NCBI GenBank assembly: GCA_031416075.1
Contig: JANOSY010000042.1
Span: 1 to 31,036 of the forward strand
Direction: 5' to 3'
DNA from: Candidatus Tenderia sp.
Lineage (GTDB): Bacteria > Pseudomonadota > Gammaproteobacteria > Tenderiales > Tenderiaceae
DNA: 31,036 nucleotides
Both the position numbers and the translations under genes were made by a program. Shown here one piece after another: positions 28,640 to 31,036 of this stretch; the first letter of the stretch is position 1, and the number at the start of each line of letters is the position of its first letter. A model generated the notes under the pieces. That model did not search any database, had not been told where the DNA came from, and worked only from the letters and a program-made list of their open reading frames with translations.

Positions 28640-30871
28640 TTGAACATTCTCAGCAAAAACAGGCTACAGGGCATAACGCTCCTCCTCTGCATAGCGGCCA
28701 GCGGCCACGCCGATGCAGCGGACAGTGGCTTCGCTTCGCTGAAACAGATCAACGCCCCTGAACGTCAGGCACCACAGACCGGGCTACGCAGCCTGGGGCC
28801 GGAGAGTGGCCGCGACACAATACGGATGCAGCACGGCAGTTTCCGTCTTGATCCCAGCGTCATCCCCCAGCTCAACACCGCACAGGGGTATCTGCTGCTA
28901 CAGCTCACCGGCCCCCTGACGGATGAGTGGCGTAATCAGCTGGAAACATTGCAGGTCAACCTGCTGGAGTATATTCCGAACAACACCTGGAGCAGCCGCG
29001 TTAACCGTAACCAGCTCCAGGCGATTCACGACCTGCCCTTTGTACGCGCCATGGGCAAGCTCTATCCTGGTGACAAACTGCCTGCCACTCTTTTAAACCA
29101 CGACCTCTCACCCCATGCAAAACAGGGGAGTCAGATCACCCTTGATGTCTCGTTTCAACCGGACCAGACCCTTCAACAGGCGCTGGCAGCACTGCAGACC
29201 ATCGCTGCCACCCCCCTTGCTAGTGAGTACAGCAGCGGCCAGCAACTGCAGATCACCTTGCCAGCCAGCCGCCTGCTCGACCTTGCCAACCTTGAAGCAG
29301 TGCGCTGGATAGAGGAACCCGCCGCCCCGATCATGCAGGACAACGTCAACTCCGCCAACCTCATCCAGGTCACCGCTCTGCAGCAGCATCTGCCCGACCT
29401 GCTCGGCACCGGCGTCATGATTAGTGGCTGGGAGGGCGGCACCCCCCAGGACAACCACCCCGACCTCGCCGGCCGTATCACCATCGCCCAGAGCAGCGCC
29501 AACTCCGACCACGCCACCCATGTCACCGGCACTCTCATCGGCAGTGGCAAAAACAACCGCCTGGCCCGTGGCATGGCACCGGCGGCCCAATATGTCGGCT
29601 ACGACTTTTATGGCGACATCCCCGCCGAAATGGCCCAGGCTATCATCAGTTACAAAGCCTATTTGAGCAACCACTCTTGGGGCTACATGGTCGGCTGGAC
29701 CGAGGATTATTACGGCAGCGGCTGGACCTGGTTTGGCAACCCCGACGAAGAGAACGACAGTAACTTTGGCCGCTACTCCAGCCTGACCCAGCAGTGGGAC
29801 CACTTTATTAACCGCTACGACGGCATTGCTGTTAAATCCGTCGGCAACAACCGTAACGACCACGGCGTCGCCGCGGGCAAAGCCCACCGCCACCATGGGG
29901 ACTCCATCACACTCCACTACGACAGCCACAAAAGCGACAGCGGTTACGACTCCCTTGAGGTGGTTGCCAGCGCCAAAAACATCATCACCGTCGGTGCCGT
30001 CGATGATAACGGCGGCATGGCCAGCTTCAGCGGCTGGGGTCCCACTGACGATGGCCGCATCAAACCAGACCTGGTCGCCAACGGCACCGGCATCCTCTCC
30101 ACCTTCTCCAACAGCAACTACGGCGTCATGAGCGGCACCTCCATGTCCACCCCGGCCATCACCGGCACCCTGGCCCTGCTGACAGAGCTATACAGCCGTC
30201 ACTTTACCAACAACCTGAGCGCCGCCACCGCCAAGGCACTGCTGATCCATACCGCCACCGACCTTGGCAATTCCGGACCCGACTATCAGTTTGGCTGGGG
30301 ACTCATCAACGCCAACGCCGCCGCCACCCTCATACGTGACGATCAGGGCAGCGGGCTCTACCTGCGTCAAACCTCCCTGAGCAGCGGTGCCGAACTGGTA
30401 TTCCCCATCAACATCACCAGTGCCAGCCCCGAACTGCGCGTCACCATCACCTGGACCGACCCCGCCGGCTCACCTGCCGCCGCCAGCGCACTGGTCAACG
30501 ACCTCGACCTTGAACTGATCGCCCCCGACGGCACCCGCCACTACCCCTTCAGCCTCAACGGCCTCGCCGACCCCGCCGCCTCGGCCCGACAAGACCGTGC
30601 CAACCACACCGACAACGTTGAACAGGTACTGGTCGCCCAACCCCAACTGGGCCAGTGGCAACTGCGTATCCGTGGTTATCGTGTACAAGGAAACCAACCC
30701 TTCACTATCGTCAGCAGCAACAGCCTCAACAACACCGGCAAAGCCGCCACCCTCGCCGCACCCACCCCACCCCCCAGCAACAGCAGTAATAGCAACAGCG
30801 GTGGCGGCGGTGGCACACTCGGATTTTTTAGCCTGCTACTGCTGATACTGGCTGGCCGCCGCCGTCACTAA
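28640..30871 (+). CDS. Secreted S8 (subtilisin-like) serine peptidase with a GlyGly-CTERM sorting signal
   Basis: Signal peptide, prodomain, HATHVTGT, oxyanion VGN, GPTDDGRIKPD, GTSMSTP, beta-sandwich (WTDP...VNDLDL...DNVEQV) and terminal SGGGGG-hydrophobic-RRRH. Confidence 0.92.
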   Translation: MNILSKNRLQGITLLLCIAASGHADAADSGFASLKQINAPERQAPQTGLRSLGPESGRDTIRMQHGSFRLDPSVIPQLNTAQGYLLLQLTGPLTDEWRNQLETLQVNLLEYIPNNTWSSRVNRNQLQAIHDLPFVRAMGKLYPGDKLPATLLNHDLSPHAKQGSQITLDVSFQPDQTLQQALAALQTIAATPLASEYSSGQQLQITLPASRLLDLANLEAVRWIEEPAAPIMQDNVNSANLIQVTALQQHLPDLLGTGVMISGWEGGTPQDNHPDLAGRITIAQSSANSDHATHVTGTLIGSGKNNRLARGMAPAAQYVGYDFYGDIPAEMAQAIISYKAYLSNHSWGYMVGWTEDYYGSGWTWFGNPDEENDSNFGRYSSLTQQWDHFINRYDGIAVKSVGNNRNDHGVAAGKAHRHHGDSITLHYDSHKSDSGYDSLEVVASAKNIITVGAVDDNGGMASFSGWGPTDDGRIKPDLVANGTGILSTFSNSNYGVMSGTSMSTPAITGTLALLTELYSRHFTNNLSAATAKALLIHTATDLGNSGPDYQFGWGLINANAAATLIRDDQGSGLYLRQTSLSSGAELVFPINITSASPELRVTITWTDPAGSPAAASALVNDLDLELIAPDGTRHYPFSLNGLADPAASARQDRANHTDNVEQVLVAQPQLGQWQLRIRGYRVQGNQPFTIVSSNSLNNTGKAATLAAPTPPPSNSSNSNSGGGGGTLGFFSLLLLILAGRRRH

Positions 30872-30896
30872 CCCCCCATAACAGGGGTGGTTCTAC

Positions 30897-31036
30897 CAGG
30901 GCAATCGCGCTACATAGCCCCTGAGCCAAATAAGGCCCGAAAGCGATAGTCATCGTTGAGTAGGGCCACCAATTTACGGCGGCGCAGGCTGCGCTTGCTG
31001 TCTTCGGCCTGGCGTAGCAAATTAAGGGCAGTGCGT
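30897..31036 (-). mobile_element. Right end of an ISAs1-family insertion sequence
   Basis: Terminal inverted repeat CAGGGCAATCGC at 30897, directly after the stop codon of a transposase C-terminus. Confidence 0.82.
30910..31035 (-). CDS. ISAs1-family transposase, C-terminal fragment cut by the window edge
   Basis: RTALNLLRQAEDSKRSLRRRKLVALLNDDYRFRALFGSGAM* fits the ISAs1 C-terminal pattern ALNLLR...K.S...R..A...DDY. Confidence 0.8.
   Translation of the reverse strand, partial: RTALNLLRQAEDSKRSLRRRKLVALLNDDYRFRALFGSGAM

Noticed and set aside
30780-30815. Ser/Asn/Gly low-complexity repeat
   Set aside because: It is the normal linker and glycine run of the GlyGly-CTERM signal.

Overview
Chromosomal window from a GC-rich gammaproteobacterium, judged from gene content and order. 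Mobile elements cut by the window edges flank both ends: the 5' end of a group IIC intron on the left, inserted into the GTAG foot of a REP-like hairpin, and the 3' end of an ISAs1-family element on the right. In order, the window contains: a REP doublet; an AT-rich orphan ORF with an ADP-ribosyltransferase-like R-S-ExE signature; uup; kup; alternative oxidase; a secreted GlcG/HbpS haem-binding protein; gcvT-H-PA-PB under a tandem glycine riboswitch with a terminator; Tat-exported MsrB; a decayed nhaR/Ca:Na-antiporter pair fused by a deletion; VC0807-like and amphi-Trp proteins; the mreBCD-mrdA-rodA-rlpA-dacA-dat-ybeD-lipB-lipA cluster; an unannotated 41-aa membrane peptide; an atypical petABC (bc1) operon; and a GlyGly-CTERM subtilase with an apparent Glu-His-Ser triad. 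The most interesting signals are the REP-targeting group IIC intron, the ART-like orphan, the small membrane protein behind petC, the probable AUU start of mreC and the E-H-S subtilase. All calls come from reading motifs by eye; no searches were run.
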